Shown here: one piece after another, positions 15,382-33,445 of the stretch
Layout of the letters: each line of letters begins with the position of its first letter
Position numbering within the stretch: position 1 is the stretch's first letter
Assembly (NCBI RefSeq): GCF_009914755.1
Contig: NC_060927.1
DNA: 64,000 nucleotides
Source: the human T2T-CHM13v2.0 reference genome, Homo sapiens
Strand: one strand, 5' to 3'
Translations under genes and position numbers: made by a program
Notes under the pieces: model-generated
What the model was told of the DNA's origin: nothing
Seen by the model: only the letters and a program-made list of their open reading frames with translations
Databases searched by the model: none

Positions 15382-15515
15382 CTTTCTGAAAGATCCATAA
15401 TGGAGGTGTGAAAGTGTTTACAGATTGGAACTATCTCTTGTTGTTCAACCTCAGTAAGCTCCAGTGTTTCTAAGAATTTCACAGCTACACGTTCAAGAGC
15501 ATCTTCAGGCCATGA
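15382..15515 (-). CDS. DNAH12: DNAH12 exon (SWPEDAL...DLSE)
   Basis: 134 nt, phase 0 to 2. Confidence 0.94.
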
Positions 15516-15829
15516 CTAAAAGTAAGAAAAAGAAAAACACTTGAAATTTAAGATGAACAGTAGTCTCATTCCAACTCCATAAGTTAATGCATAATAAGTT
15601 ACATGACTTTCTATGGGAGAATAATTTGGTGTTGAGAAAATCAAAACTTTAATGAAGAAAACAGAATAAGAGGGACTGAGGTCTCTGAAAGACCTAATAT
15701 TCTTATATATTAAAATGAAAAAAGGATAATATAAAGGAAGGATCAATGAAATTTTAGTTATCAAAGATGTATTACACTGTCTTCCCAACTCTTCTACTTG
15801 CATGTCTAGTAGGCATCCTAAATTTATCA

Positions 15830-16310
15830 TGACAGTGGCAGAAGCTGCTAGTTGCCCACCCAATATCTACTAGCCCCTTCTTCCTTAGGACTCCAATTTT
15901 ATTCTAGATAGCAATATACCCAGCTAAAAGACTAAATCTCCTAGACTCCCTTGGAATTCAGAATGGCCAATGACACATAAGCAGTTGTTGGGTGGAGACT
16001 TCAGGGAAGACTTTTTAGAGAGTTACATAGAGCTGGGATATCCTTTTTGGCCTACTTTCATTCTTCTACTTCTTGTTTGGAACATGGTTGTGAACAATGG
16101 CACTCCAGCAGCCACCTCAGGTCATAAGTTACTTTGAGAATGGAAATCACATGCTAAGGAGAGTAAAGCAGAAATAACTTGGGATCCTCATGACTTTGTT
16201 AAGCCACAAAAGCCCCACTCTGCTTACCTTTAGATTTTTTTTTCATATGACAGTTAAAAAACCCAATGTGTTTAGGTTGGGTTTCTGTTACTGGGAGACG
16301 ATCACAATTT
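15830..16310 (+). mobile_element. MLT1-type MaLR LTR nested in L2 remnants
   Basis: cccagctaaaagactaaatc...gggtttctgtta motifs. Confidence 0.6.
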
Positions 16311-16965
16311 CTACTATAATGTCCAAAGTTGATTTTTAAATTTTCTTCCCTACAAATTTGCTTCCTAGCCAGTCCTCTCCATCTTAGTGAAATGGTTCCT
16401 TCCTTGGCTTTCCTGGAATATGCCAAGCATGCTCCTACCTCTGAGTCTTTGGACGTGCTTTTCCCTCTGACCAGAACCCTCTTCCCTCAGACCTCCATGT
16501 GGTTCATGCTGTCACTTCCTTCACATCCAAGCTCATATACTGACTTACCAGAGCACTCTTTATAAAACAGCATTCCTTCCCCCATTACTCTGTCTTTTAT
16601 ACTGAGTTTTCTTCTCAGCACTTACCAATACATGGCATATCATTAATCTTTATTTGTTCACTAGAGTATTTTCCAGATTTCCTTTCATTTAGTTTCAATA
16701 ATATGCTTATAATTTTTTTCCTTTGTGGCAGACAATATGCATTTTAAGACCATTTTTTTTTTGGTGTCTAGCCTAAGCACATACTGCCAGTGTATGCATT
16801 TTTTATTAATAGATTGTTATATTCATGTGATCCAATTGTACCAATATATATTTTAAATCTAAAAAGAGACTTCTAAAGAACTATTAAGATTAGTGAAATT
16901 TTATAAAATGCCAGGTTAAATGTCATATAACTTACACATCATTAAAAAACATTACAGAGGAGGCT

Positions 16966-17362
16966 TAGACTGGATTAAGAAAATGTGGCATATATACACC
17001 ATGGAATACTATGCAGCCATAAAAAAGGATGAGTTCATGTCCTTTGTAGGGACATGGATGAAGCTGGAAACCATCATTCTCAGCAAACTATCACAAGGAC
17101 AAAAAACCAAACACTGCATGTTCTTACTCATAGGTGGGAATTGAACAATGAGAACACTTGGACACAGGGTGGGGAACGTCACACACCAGGGCCTGTCGTG
17201 GGGTTGGGGGAGGGGGGAGGGATAGCATTAGGATATATACCTAATGTAAATGGTGAGTTAATGGGTGCAGCACACCAACATGGCACATGTATACATATGT
17301 AACAAACCTGCACGTTGTGCACATGTACCCTAGAACTTAAAGTATAATAAAAAATAAATAAA
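16966..17362 (+). mobile_element. L1PA (approx. PA4-PA5) 5'-truncated 3' end
   Basis: Near-consensus L1 ORF2 C-terminus/3'UTR with G-rich tract and ...ctagaacttaaagtataataa. Confidence 0.95.
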
Positions 17363-18056
17363 TTACAACATTCTCTTTCTCTTCCCCCACCTTTCCCATG
17401 CACTTCTTCCTGTTTTAGTCTTCCCTTTAGTGTTTGTCACCAGTTCATGTATATTTTATCTTGTGTATATTTACTTCTTTATCTTATTTACTCTCTGTCC
17501 CCTCCATTAAAAAGCAGGTCCACAGGAAAAAAAAAAAACATTACAGAGGCTTATATTTATGTTCTGGGTGCTTCATTTTTAATCATCCTGCTAATAATCA
17601 TGCACATTTAATACTATCTTTGGCAGTTAGAATATTTATGACTAAAGAGGCAGAAAACCAGTCTTACTGTATCTTCAAAAAAAAGAAGATGCATATTCTT
17701 ATAGAGTAATACCCAGAAGTAGGGTATTTCCAGGGTTGCTTCATTTAGAAGCTCAACTATATTATCAAGTATTCACGTTCTTTCCGTCTTGTTGTTCCCT
17801 TTCTCAGTGCACTTTATTTCATACTTGGGCTTGTCCCATTATGGTGACATGATGACTGCTGCAGCTATGGGCATCACATTCTCAAGCAACAAGATTGAGA
17901 GACAAAAAAGGCCCTTTTCTTACCATGTGACTCCTTTTATAGTGAAAATACTTTTTTTCCCCAAAGCTCCCCAGCAGACTTTACCTCAAGACCCATTGGC
18001 AAGGAATGGCTCATACATGGGCTCAGGCATAAAACAATCACTAGCAAGAGAAATGA

Positions 18057-18427
<371 letters not shown>

Positions 18428-18450
18428 TGAGAGCACCAATATTGACTTAG

Positions 18451-18748
<298 letters not shown>

Positions 18749-19369
18749 ACTTAGACCAACCATGATTCAATCCCTCTGATACACAGCTACATGGAGGGTG
18801 ATTTCCCAAACAAAACCAGAATGCAGTTCATAATAAATAGGCAAAGAGAATAAAACAAATCAGTACCAGAAACTATTTTTTTTCTTTTAATTATCCAGGG
18901 TCAATGCACAGTCCACATTCTATTGGGCATAAAACAATAGAAGGTACCATGAGCTACTGTTCTCAAGAGTATGAATACCAAATTGTATTAAACAGGCAGT
19001 GACAGTCTGTCTTAGGTGAGGCAGTGGCCTTCATCATTTGCTTCCAGCATGACTGAAATTGTTGCCCAGTTGGTTTTCCTGTCTCTTGTTTTGCCCTACT
19101 CCAATTCACCTACCACACAGCTTCCAACTGCTTTGGTTTTTTCCTAAATGCAGATTATCTAAAAATATGTTGATGCTACTGTGATATCTCTGGTATAAAA
19201 CCAAATTCCTGGGAATACCTTGCCAATGTCTTTGTAACCTGGTACCCACCCAAAGCTCCAACTCAACTGCTGCTGCCCTTAAAATGCCAGCCAGCTATAC
19301 CAAACAATTTTCAGTGGGGCAGATGAGCCATCCTCTCCCCACCCTTCTCCTTTTCCAAGTACTATTCTC

Positions 19370-19849
19370 TAATAATGGTTCATTTTATGTGTCAGTCAAC
19401 TTGACTGGGCTATGAGGTTCCCAGATATTTGGTCAAACATGATTCTGGGTGTTTCTGTGAGGGTGTTTTTACATGCATTCAACATTTAAATCATTATACA
19501 CTGAGTAAAGCAGAGTGCCCTCCCTAATGTCAGTGGGCTGCATCCAATTGTCCTTGTCCAGTTTTGTTCAATCCAATGGAACAAAAATGCTGACCCTCCC
19601 CCAAATTCCTCCTGTATGATTGCCTTCAAGCTAAGACATTATTTTTTTTCCTCCCTTCAGCCTTGGACTGAATTGGCTCTTTCTGGATCCTGAGCCTGCC
19701 GGCCTTCAGACTGGAACTACATCACTGGTTTTCCTGGGCTTTCACCTGCCAACTGCAGATCTTGGGACTTTTTAGGCTTCATAATCATATGAGCCAATTC
19801 CTCATAATAAATTTCTTTACATACAAATTTCCTATTGATTCCTAATACA
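19370..19849 (+). mobile_element. MLT2-type ERVL solo LTR inside an L2 remnant
   Basis: tttatgtgtca...aacttgactgggct start, cctaataca end. Confidence 0.8.
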
Positions 19850-20169
19850 CTCCCTCTCTATGTAACTAACTCATCTTCATGACTCAGAAATTCACTGCCT
19901 TCGTATATATACCCTTTGCACATCAACATTATGGCTCTCTTATATAATCATGATTACTGACTGCTTTTTCTGTCTTCCAGTCTACAGTGTAAGCTCCTTG
20001 TGAGGATCATGTAGTCTTATCAGTCTCTGGTGCTGAACATTATGCCTGTCATTACAGTAAGTGATCAAGAAACACTTGCTGAATGTATATTAATAAAGTT
20101 TTTCAAATATTTCAGTAAAATTCCAAAAGAGTTAGTTGCCTCCCCCTCCAACCAAGAAAAATTACAAAC

Positions 20170-20364
20170 CTGAAACCAGTCAATGGTACAGCAATTGATG
20201 AGGGATGGGAACTGTCTCAAGCGATTTCGAAAGGCATCTCCAATGGGGCTAAAGGCCACCACGACATGAAGATTATCTTTGCAGCGATTCACAAAGAAAG
20301 CAAACAGAGCTAAGGGACTGAGTTCATCATGTTTATTGCCAGCCTGAGCTACTGGGCGAACACC
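20170..20364 (-). CDS. DNAH12: DNAH12 exon (GVRPVAQ...NLHVVVAFSPIGDAFRNRLRQFPSLINCCTIDWFQ)
   Basis: 195 nt, phase 0-0. Confidence 0.95.
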
Positions 20365-21643
20365 CTAGGGAATATCAGAAAATAAAAACCTTGTAAATAA
20401 AAATAGATGAGCTGGTAATGAGATTGGTGGATATTAGAATATGAAGAAGTTTTATTGCACCCTGTAAATATCTGTAAAATTTTGGTTTTATATCAATAGA
20501 ATGGCTTTGACATAGTTTGTACTTAGAAAACCTCTTCCAACTCCAAAATTCTATAATTTAAAAACAAGTTATCTGCCAAGAATTTACCTTAAAGATAATC
20601 ACAAAATTCACCAAGATGTATAGAAATATAATTTTACATTGTTTTTAAGAGAAAAAAATGTAAACAGCTGAAGTATCAATCAGTAAGGAACTAGTTATAA
20701 ATGTAAAATATCCACATATTAGCATTTTATACAACAGTTAAAAATAATAAATTGGTGTCTCATGCCTGGAATCCTAGTTTCTTGGGAGGCTGAGGTAAGA
20801 GCCCAGGAGTTCGAAGCTGCAGTGAGCTATGACTGCACCACTGCACTCCAGCCTGGGCAACAGAGCAGTGAGACTTCATCTCTAGAAAAACAAAAACAAA
20901 AACAAACAACAAAAAAACACACACACAGTGTATTTTGTGCTACGGGAAGATAAGCAGGATAAAATAACTAAAAAAAAAGTTTTGCGACAGTATATAGAAT
21001 ATGATCCTGTTTAAAAAATAAAGATGTATATAAAATAGCAAATATAAAACAGAAATAGTGAAGCAATGGAAAAGTTTAGTAGCAAAGTGATGGGAAGAAA
21101 AGATAGATAATAGCTAAAGAAGCAGGAAAGCCTAGCAAAGCTTAGGAAATTCCATTCCCCAAAGGTGACTATTCCTTGGATGGGCATATGGAGGATGCAT
21201 TTCTCCTATAAATCAGGAGAGTACCACTAATTTACAGCCTTGGTCACATCTCTGACATATCCCAGATAAAAGCAAAGAACATGGGTTTTTGTTGTTGTTG
21301 TTGTTGTTTTGTCCTCTTTTATCCCTTCACGCTCCATACCATGAACTGGTAATGCACCATTTACTGAGAGCTGTGTAAGTGCCTGACACTACATAAGTGC
21401 TTTATTTTGTTTGATTCTCAAACCTCACAACAACCCCATGTAGGAAGAACTCTTATCTGTGCTGCCATTTCATGGAAGAGAAAAGCAGAGTACTTGAAAG
21501 TGTGAGTCCTTTTCACTCCAGATGTTATGGCTGGAGGTTGGGAATTAAATATCCAGGTGTGAGTGATATATTTTGTGGGTAAAAGTGATTATGGTAATGA
21601 GAAAGTGTGACATTACTTTCATCTTAGAAATGAGGTCTAAAGT

Positions 21644-21985
<342 letters not shown>

Positions 21986-22468
21986 TTAAAGTAGGTGATA
22001 GTAGCAGACACGTCACCATTGTATTTTTTGTCAATTAAATCACAAACAAGACTTTCAGATGTATCAAACCCATAAGATAGTTTTATTAAAACTTTAAAAA
22101 AATTTACTAACCAGTGTAAACCACAAAGACTAATAAAGTAGCATTAAAATCATGTTTTCTTACATCAATGTAACCTTAAGAGATGATTTAAAAATCTCCA
22201 ATCACTCATAAAACATGCTAAATAACATTAAACAGGTGAAACAAACTGCCATTATGATGAAGATAGGAGTTATAAAAATTATGCCTCATAACTATGGTAG
22301 AAGCAATTTAAAATTCACCAAACAATGATGTATTAAACTAATATACTTTAAATTTTTAATTACCCCCAAACTCATATGTACAAACTATATTTATCCTGAA
22401 GAGCAGAGAAACAGTTTCAAGAAATAAAGTTTTTGTGCTAGAAGCAGCACTTCCCCAAAAGCATTTAC

Positions 22469-22630
22469 CTCCATCACTTCCTGCTTCTCATCTGCTGCAA
22501 AAATGTTAGGCACTTCTCCTGTATTGAGCACACTGTCGATATCCTCTAGGAAAGCTTCCTCTTTAATCTGAGTGTCCGTGATAAGAAAGACGGTCTTCTG
22601 GCCCTTCATGCCCACATTCCTTAACAGACC
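22469..22630 (-). CDS. DNAH12: DNAH12 exon (GLLRNVG...FLEDIDSVLNTGEVPNIF...VME)
   Basis: 162 nt, phase 0-0. Confidence 0.94.
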
Positions 22631-22668
22631 CTTAAAATAAAAATGGACTTGTAAGCAGAATATGGTAG

Positions 22669-23195
22669 ACATCTGTTGGTTTTGATTTCCCTCACTTTCC
22701 CTTTCCTTTGATAACAACACTTTGATTTTTAGGGCAGTACCTCTCCCCACTTCTACTGGGGCTGTCAACTGGGACCTCCACTGCCTCCGTCCCCTGGGTG
22801 GGAGATCCAAACTGGTCAGAGTTTCCCCAAAACCCTAGACATAATCACTGATTCAGAGGATGGCATATGATTTAAGCAGGGCCCAATCATAGTCTTACTT
22901 CAGGGACTGAGATAGACTTGAAACAGAGAGAATCCTGGCTGTTCTGAGATGGAATATATAAAGGCCAGTAACCTAAATTACTTGGAGCTAACTGTTTGCC
23001 TCATGGTATGAGCCTGCTGGAGAAGGAAGCCAAATGGAGGAGAGTTGTGTCAGGAGACAGAAAGAGTAATTACTAAGGAAATAATTTAAGACCCCAAATT
23101 CAGCTATGTCAAAAGCCTATCTACCTCTAGACGCTTCAGTGTAGACAGGCTGGGGTTTTTATGCAGGGGTCAACTGCAACCCAAATTCCTAATAT
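22669..23195 (+). mobile_element. MLT1-type LTR remnant
   Basis: tatggtagacatctgttggttt start, ...aattcctaata end. Confidence 0.55.
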
Positions 23196-23207
23196 AAGAT
23201 ATGGGCT

Positions 23208-23641
23208 CAGTAGTGTGCTGAAGCTGACTTGTATAGGCTTGTTAGAACCGATTGTTAAAATTTCAGGAACTTGTCAGTAGTTTGTAAAACATAGCCAGGA
23301 TTTAAAAATTGAATTATATAAACTTGCAATTATATAAAAATATAATTATATTTAAAAGGGAGGTAAATGCGTAAATATCATCATCTCCTATTTTATTATG
23401 TTACTATTATCTATGCTCTGGAAAGTTTTTCAAGTTATTGTATCAATATAGTAAAATACAATGTCATGATGTTCCATGCATATCTCTTTTCAGTTCTATT
23501 CTCAGTGACAGCGTTGGGAGCTTCAAATCAGCCATGGTGGGAGTTTTTACATCATGGAAATTGGAAAATCTACCATCAGGCTCTCTCTCACCCCCGGTCC
23601 TGGAAAGCTGGTTGTTAAACATTTGTCAGCATACAAACTGG
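23208..23641 (+). mobile_element. MER63-like hAT DNA transposon
   Basis: cagtagtgtgctg...cagcatacaaactg termini; ccgattgttaaaatttcagga. Confidence 0.7.
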
Positions 23642-23960
23642 CTGTAGTTCACAGTGAAAATAGCATTACAACTTCTCTAAGTTATTTTTAAAAATAACCT
23701 TCTATATTGTAAAACTATGTATTTTAAATCATTAAATATTAACTAATATTTTCACTCCATAAAATAAATGGTGGATTTTTATATTGTACACAAAAACAAC
23801 TATGTCCTTTTCCCATTAAAGCCATCTTCCAATATGAAGCCTGTTTTGTTCTTAGAAATAAGTTTCTGTCATCAAAACTAGAGAGTCTAGTTTTTAAAGT
23901 AGTATTGTATCAAATCATGTCAGGTTTATAATTATTAATATTATATCAAAATAAATCTTA

Positions 23961-24609
<649 letters not shown>

Positions 24610-24695
24610 AGAACCATAAACATTTTAATTTAAAATAAAATTTACAATACAATATAAACAAACATATTTAACTTATTGTCATGAGCATCATCGTG

Positions 24696-25339
<644 letters not shown>

Positions 25340-27919
25340 TTATATGTCAGGAATATTATGAAAATCCTTACATACATTATATAATTTAACCACAATAATC
25401 TTTGAAATAGGTGGTATTACCCAAATTTTACAAATGAAAAATCTAGAAAGTGACCATCAGCAAGATAATGGGCTAGGAAGCTCTAGACCCTTGTTCTCCC
25501 CTGAAGACATGTATTAGCAATATACAGAACACAATTACCTTTGTAAGGACTTTAGAAACTAGTTAAGTGGCTGCAGCACCCAGAAAAGAGCATGAACAAG
25601 AGAAGGGACTGTTCCCAAAAGGGTAAGACAGTACCTCAAATTTTTCTCACTCTAGCTCCTCCCCCAGCTGGGCACAGTTTGGGGAGATCTAGAGAATACC
25701 ATCCAAATCATGGCTCCTTCCTCAGGACAGAAGAAATATAGTTGAACTTGAGCCCAGAATACTGGCTTGTGTGGGGGCTGTTTCACCTGCCTTCAGGTGC
25801 TAACAGGAACAATGGCCAATTTTGGACACCAGGTTGGAGGCCACTGAAACATAGGTGAGTTCCCTGGTGGGTTAGAGCAGCAGAAGCTGCAGTTCTACTG
25901 GCAGGCACCAGGGAGAGCAAGAGATCAAGGGCAGAGGAATACAACGGAATCAGCAACTGAAAGCTCCTGAGAAGAAACAGGAAATTAAGACAGTCAAAAG
26001 CACTCATACATGCAACAATAAAAGCACACATACAACCTCAAAGAAGACACGTCCCCAGAAAATGTCTGAAAGGTCCCAGAACCTCTAGCTAGGTTGATTG
26101 GTGAAGATCTTCCCTGCATGAGGCCAGTCATAATGATTGGGAGGGGTGGCTGTATTTCAAATGGTCAGCTCTCAAAAAGATCACAAGGGATGCAAAGAAT
26201 TAAGGAAACGTGGCCCAGTCAAAGAAACAAAATAAAGCTCCAGAAACCAACCATAAGGAAATGCAGATCTATGAACTGACTAGCAAAAAATTTAAAATAA
26301 CTACCTTAAAGATACTCAATGAGCTGAAAGGAACCCAGAGCTAAATCAGGAAAACAATGCATGAACAAAATGAGAATTAACAAAGATATAGAAACTATAA
26401 AATATAAATTCTGGACCCAAAACATAAAACTGAACTAAAAAATTATCTACAGGGGTTCAACATTAGACTTGATTGGGCAGAATCAAGAGTCAACCAACTT
26501 GAAAACAAGTCGTTGGAAATCACCGGGTTAATGGAGCAAAAACAAAACAAAAACAATAAACGAAGGTGGAGCAAGCCTAAGGGATTTATGGTACACCATC
26601 AAGTGGACCAATATATGCATTATGGAAATCCCAGAATATGAGAGAGAGAAAGAGAGGACAGAGAGCTTTTTCAAGAAATAATGACTGAAAATTTCTCAAA
26701 TCTCAGGAAAGAAGTGGATATAAAAATTCCATTTTATGGAAGATCAATGAATTCCAACTAGGATGAAGTCATAGAAATCCACATTAAGAAACAATATAAT
26801 CAAACTGTCAAAAGTCAGATACAAAGAGAAAATCCTGAAAGCAGCCAGAGAAAAGCAACTTGTCATCTACAAGGGAATTACCTTAAGATTAGCAGTGAAT
26901 TTCTCAGCACAAATTTTACAGACCAGAAGGAAGTAAGGTGACATATTCTAATTGCAGAAAGATAAAAACCTGTCAACCAAGGACAATGTATCTGGTACAG
27001 CTGCCTTACAAAAATGAAGGTGAAATTAAAACCTTTCCAGATGAACAAACACCGAGGGAGTCCTTAGTACTATATCTGCCTGACAAGATATGCTAAAGGG
27101 AATCCTTCAAGTTGAAACAAAAGAACCTAGAATGTAACATGAAGCCATACAAAAGTATAAAGTTCTCCAGTCAAAGTAAACATGTGGAGAAATAGAGAAT
27201 CCTGTATTATTGTAATTTTGGTGCATAAATCTACTTTTAATTCTAAAAAACAAAAACATGCCTTATAAATGTATGTTAATTAGTACATAATATATAAAGA
27301 TACAATTTGTGACATCCAGAACAAAAAATGGGGGAGGGGTGGAGCTATAAAGGGGTAACATTTTTGTATGCAACTGAAGTTAGGTTGTTAGCAGTTTAAA
27401 ATAATTTGCTATAACTTTAGGTTGTTTTATGTAGTAGTAATGGTTAACTACAAAGAAAACATAGAATATAAACAAAAGGAAATGAGAAGGGAATAAAGAA
27501 TGCCCCTACAAATAAAAATCATCATAACATAAAAGGCGGCAATAAAAGAAGAAATGAGGAAAAAAAGAAGCTACAAGACACACAGAAAACAAATATCAAA
27601 ATGGCAATAATAAATCCTTCCCTATCAGTAATTACATTAAATTTAATGGATTAAATTCCTCAATCAAAAGACATAGAGTGGCCAAATGGATTAAAAAAAA
27701 GATCCATTAATATGCTGCCTACAAGAGATTCATTTTAGATCCAAGGAAATATGTAAGCTAAAGAATGGAAAAAGATATACCAGCCAAATGGTAACTAAGA
27801 GAGAGCAGGGATAGCTATACTAATATCAGACAAAAATAGACTTTAAGTCAAAAACAACCACAAGAAAGGATATTACATAATGATAAAAGGGTCAATTTAC
27901 CAGGAAGATATAACAATTA

Positions 27920-28647
<728 letters not shown>

Positions 28648-28738
28648 TATAAATATTTATGCACCAAACCACAGATATCCTAAATATATGAAGCAAACTT
28701 TGGCAGAAGTGAAAGAAGAATTGTACAGCAACACAATA

Positions 28739-29060
28739 CAGTAGTCCCCCCTTATCCATGGGGGATACATTCCAAGACCCCCAGTGGATGCCTGAAACAA
28801 CAGATAGTACTGAATCCTACATATGCTATTTTTTCCATACATAACTATGATTAGATTAATTAATAAATTAACAGCCAGACATTAACAACAAATAATAAAG
28901 AGAACAATTATTACAACATACTGTAATAAAAGTTATGTGAATGTGGTCCCTTTCACTCTCAAAATATCTTATTGTACTGTGCTTATCTCTTTTTGGACCA
29001 CAGTTGACTGTGGGTAACTAAAACTGCAATAAGAAAAGCCACAAGTAAGGGGGGACTACC
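28739..29060. mobile_element. MER44-like (Tigger-class) MITE
   Basis: TIRs cagtagtccccccttatcc / taagggggggactac. Confidence 0.85.
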
Positions 29061-29402
29061 ATAATAGTAAGAGACTTGAATACCCCACTTTCAATAATGG
29101 ATAGAACACCTGACAGAAGATCAATAAGGAAATAGAGGACTTGAACATTGTAGACCAACTGATCTAACAGATATTTACCAAACACTCCATCCAGCAACAG
29201 TAAAACATATATTATTCTCAAGTGCACATGAAACATTCTCTAGGATAGACCACATTAGGCCACAAAACAAGTCTTAACAAATTTTAAAAGACTGAAATCA
29301 TAGAAAGTATCTTTCCTGATCACAATGGTACAAAACTAGAAATCAATGCCAGAAGGAAAAATTTAAAAATTCACAATATATGAAAATTAAACTGTTAATT
29401 TA

Positions 29403-29951
<549 letters not shown>

Positions 29952-30862
29952 CTAAACCAAACCCAAAGCTAGCAAGGAAGCTAGGAAGGAAATAATAAAG
30001 ATTAGAGTGGAGATGAATGAAATAGAGAATAGAAGATCAATACAAAAAAAAAGAGAGAGAGAAGACTCAAATAACAAAAATCAGAAATGAAAATAGTAGC
30101 ACACTCTGGTAGCACAACCAATGCCACAGAAATACAAAGAATTATAGGAGAATGATATGAACAATTGTATGCCAATAAATTGGATAACCTAGCAGAAATG
30201 GATAAGTCCCTAGAAACTAAAGCACCGATCGATTTATTAATATGCTAAAAATAACATAGCTAACAAATCATGCAAAGCAGGAACTAATACTGTATCTGTC
30301 TAATTTCAAAGTCCACGTTCTTGCTACTATGAAGTAGTAAATGAAGTATGCTGATTTCTAAATTTGTAGTTAATTTGGTAGACAATGCATCAAAAGTTTT
30401 CCTCTAAAGTGTAAGCAGAAAAAGAAACAATGTAAGTGTAATTTTCCTTTCATGTCTATGTAGATAGATTTCTTTGGTATGAGCTTGGATTCTACCATTT
30501 CCGCCTAGAAGTAGCAAAGAAAAATCCATTTCTCTATGCTAAATTTTAGGTTGTAGAAATTGTTTGTGAAAGGTCAGTGAAAGTGAAAGAAGTCCAGCAA
30601 TTTCTCCCTTTTTTTTTTCCACTTTGTATCATCTCTCTGTTGGGGCTACAGACCCCTAGGCATATAAGGACGAAGCCCCAAGTATGCACTCCACTATCCT
30701 GTTGGTCACCGGGACAGCAATAAAGCTCTAAAGAAACTATTAAGATTACTACTAAGACAACATTAATGCCATCAACATCATCATCAGGTTCATGGTTAAA
30801 TCTGCTAGAAACCATTTATTTATCTGAAATAAGTCCTCTCTGAACTGGAATAAATATATAGT

Positions 30863-31265
30863 CAGTGGCACAAGCCAGGTACAGAAAGATAAACATTACA
30901 TGTTCTCACTTATATGTAGGAGCCAAAAAAGTTGACCTCATGGAGGTAGAGAGTAGAAAGACACTTATCAGAGGCCAGAAAGGAGAGGCAGACAGAGGAG
31001 GATAAAGAGAAGCAGCTCAATGGGTACGAACATGCAGTTAGAAGAAGTTCCAGTGTTCAATAGTACAATAGCACAACTATATTTAACAATGTATTGCATA
31101 TTTCAAGATAGAAGATTTGCAACATTCCCAACACAAAAAGATCGATGTTCTACGTGATAGATATCCTAAATGTGCTGACTCCATAGTTATTCATTTTATG
31201 CATGTATCAAAATATCACATGTACCTCATAAATATGTACAAATATTATACATCAATATTTTTTTA
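30863..31265 (+). mobile_element. L1MA-type 3' end
   Basis: catgttctcacttatatgtaggag...aaaatatcacatgtacctcataaatatgtac. Confidence 0.8.
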
Positions 31266-31606
31266 AAGCAGCAGCCATGGTAATAGTGTAGTGGATAAGA
31301 CTTGAGTTAGAAAGCCTTGCTCTGTTATGTGTCACATGTCACTCAGCTTCGGTAAAACACAGAGACAACCCACCTGCTGCATTGCATTGCTGTGCCTATA
31401 GAATGAGATCATGTAGGTAAAAGCGGTAAAAGCTAGGTAAAGCACTCAGGACAGAACTCAACACACACAGTAGATGCTCTATGGACAGTATTAGCATCAT
31501 CATCATCACTGGAGTTCAGTACACAGCTACACAGGCTGGTTCTCTCTTTACGAGTAAAAGAATATACTGTTTTCATTTTAGATACTAGGCTTCTTCATAA
31601 TTTTAC

Positions 31607-31799
31607 CTTCATATCCTCTCTCCATTCATTCATACCATAGCTCTTAGAAATTTCTGGTTGGAAAATATGCATTTTTGCCATGGATGTAGCCAGACGAGTT
31701 AAAGATTGACGACCACTTCCTCCAAGACCAACAAGCAAAGCATTTCCACCAGATTGCTTTAGAACTCGACATATTCTTGATAAATGTTCCAAAACATAC
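31607..31799 (-). CDS. DNAH12: DNAH12 exon, AAA4 P-loop GLGGSGRQS
   Basis: 193 nt, phase 2 to 0. Confidence 0.95.
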
Positions 31800-32149
31800 C
31801 TACCACAAAAGAAAAATTTTATTAATGCATTACAATATAAATGTAAATGTATAGTTACATGTAACTATTGTTTCACTTTCCTAGAAGAATGTGACTCTGC
31901 TGTCCCATATGTTACTATCCCAATTTTAAAGAGTTTACTATCAAAAAGTGTGATTTTTCAAAAGCAGTTACAACTGGATCATTTGATGTAGGGGAAAACT
32001 AATTAAAAGTTCAAATTCAGGAAATTTGATATACAAGTTATACAAATAAAATGAAATATTAACTGCTAATACTGGCAGTATATTATCACTTTTATTAAAT
32101 ATGTTTCTTCAGTCTCTTAAGATTTCTATGTGAGAAAAGATCATTACCT

Positions 32150-33200
<1,051 letters not shown>

Positions 33201-33266
33201 TTTCAAACATTTCATAATAACATTTTACAGATAGCAATTTCAAGCATCAACACCATATATAGGTAC

Positions 33267-33445
33267 CTAAAAATGACAAGATTCATTCTTGTTTTGTGTG
33301 TTTGATTATACTCATCTAAGCACTGGTCCACAACATCACTAAAATGATGAATATTTGGAATTTCAATATAAACTCTATCATCTCCTTCAAGGTCAGGATT
33401 CATATAATCACCAAACATGAGATTTCTTAAGTCTTCTTCAGTTAC
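33267..33445 (-). CDS. DNAH12: DNAH12 exon (VTEEDLRNLMFGDY...MNLVIF)
   Basis: 179 nt, phase 0 to 2. Confidence 0.94.
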
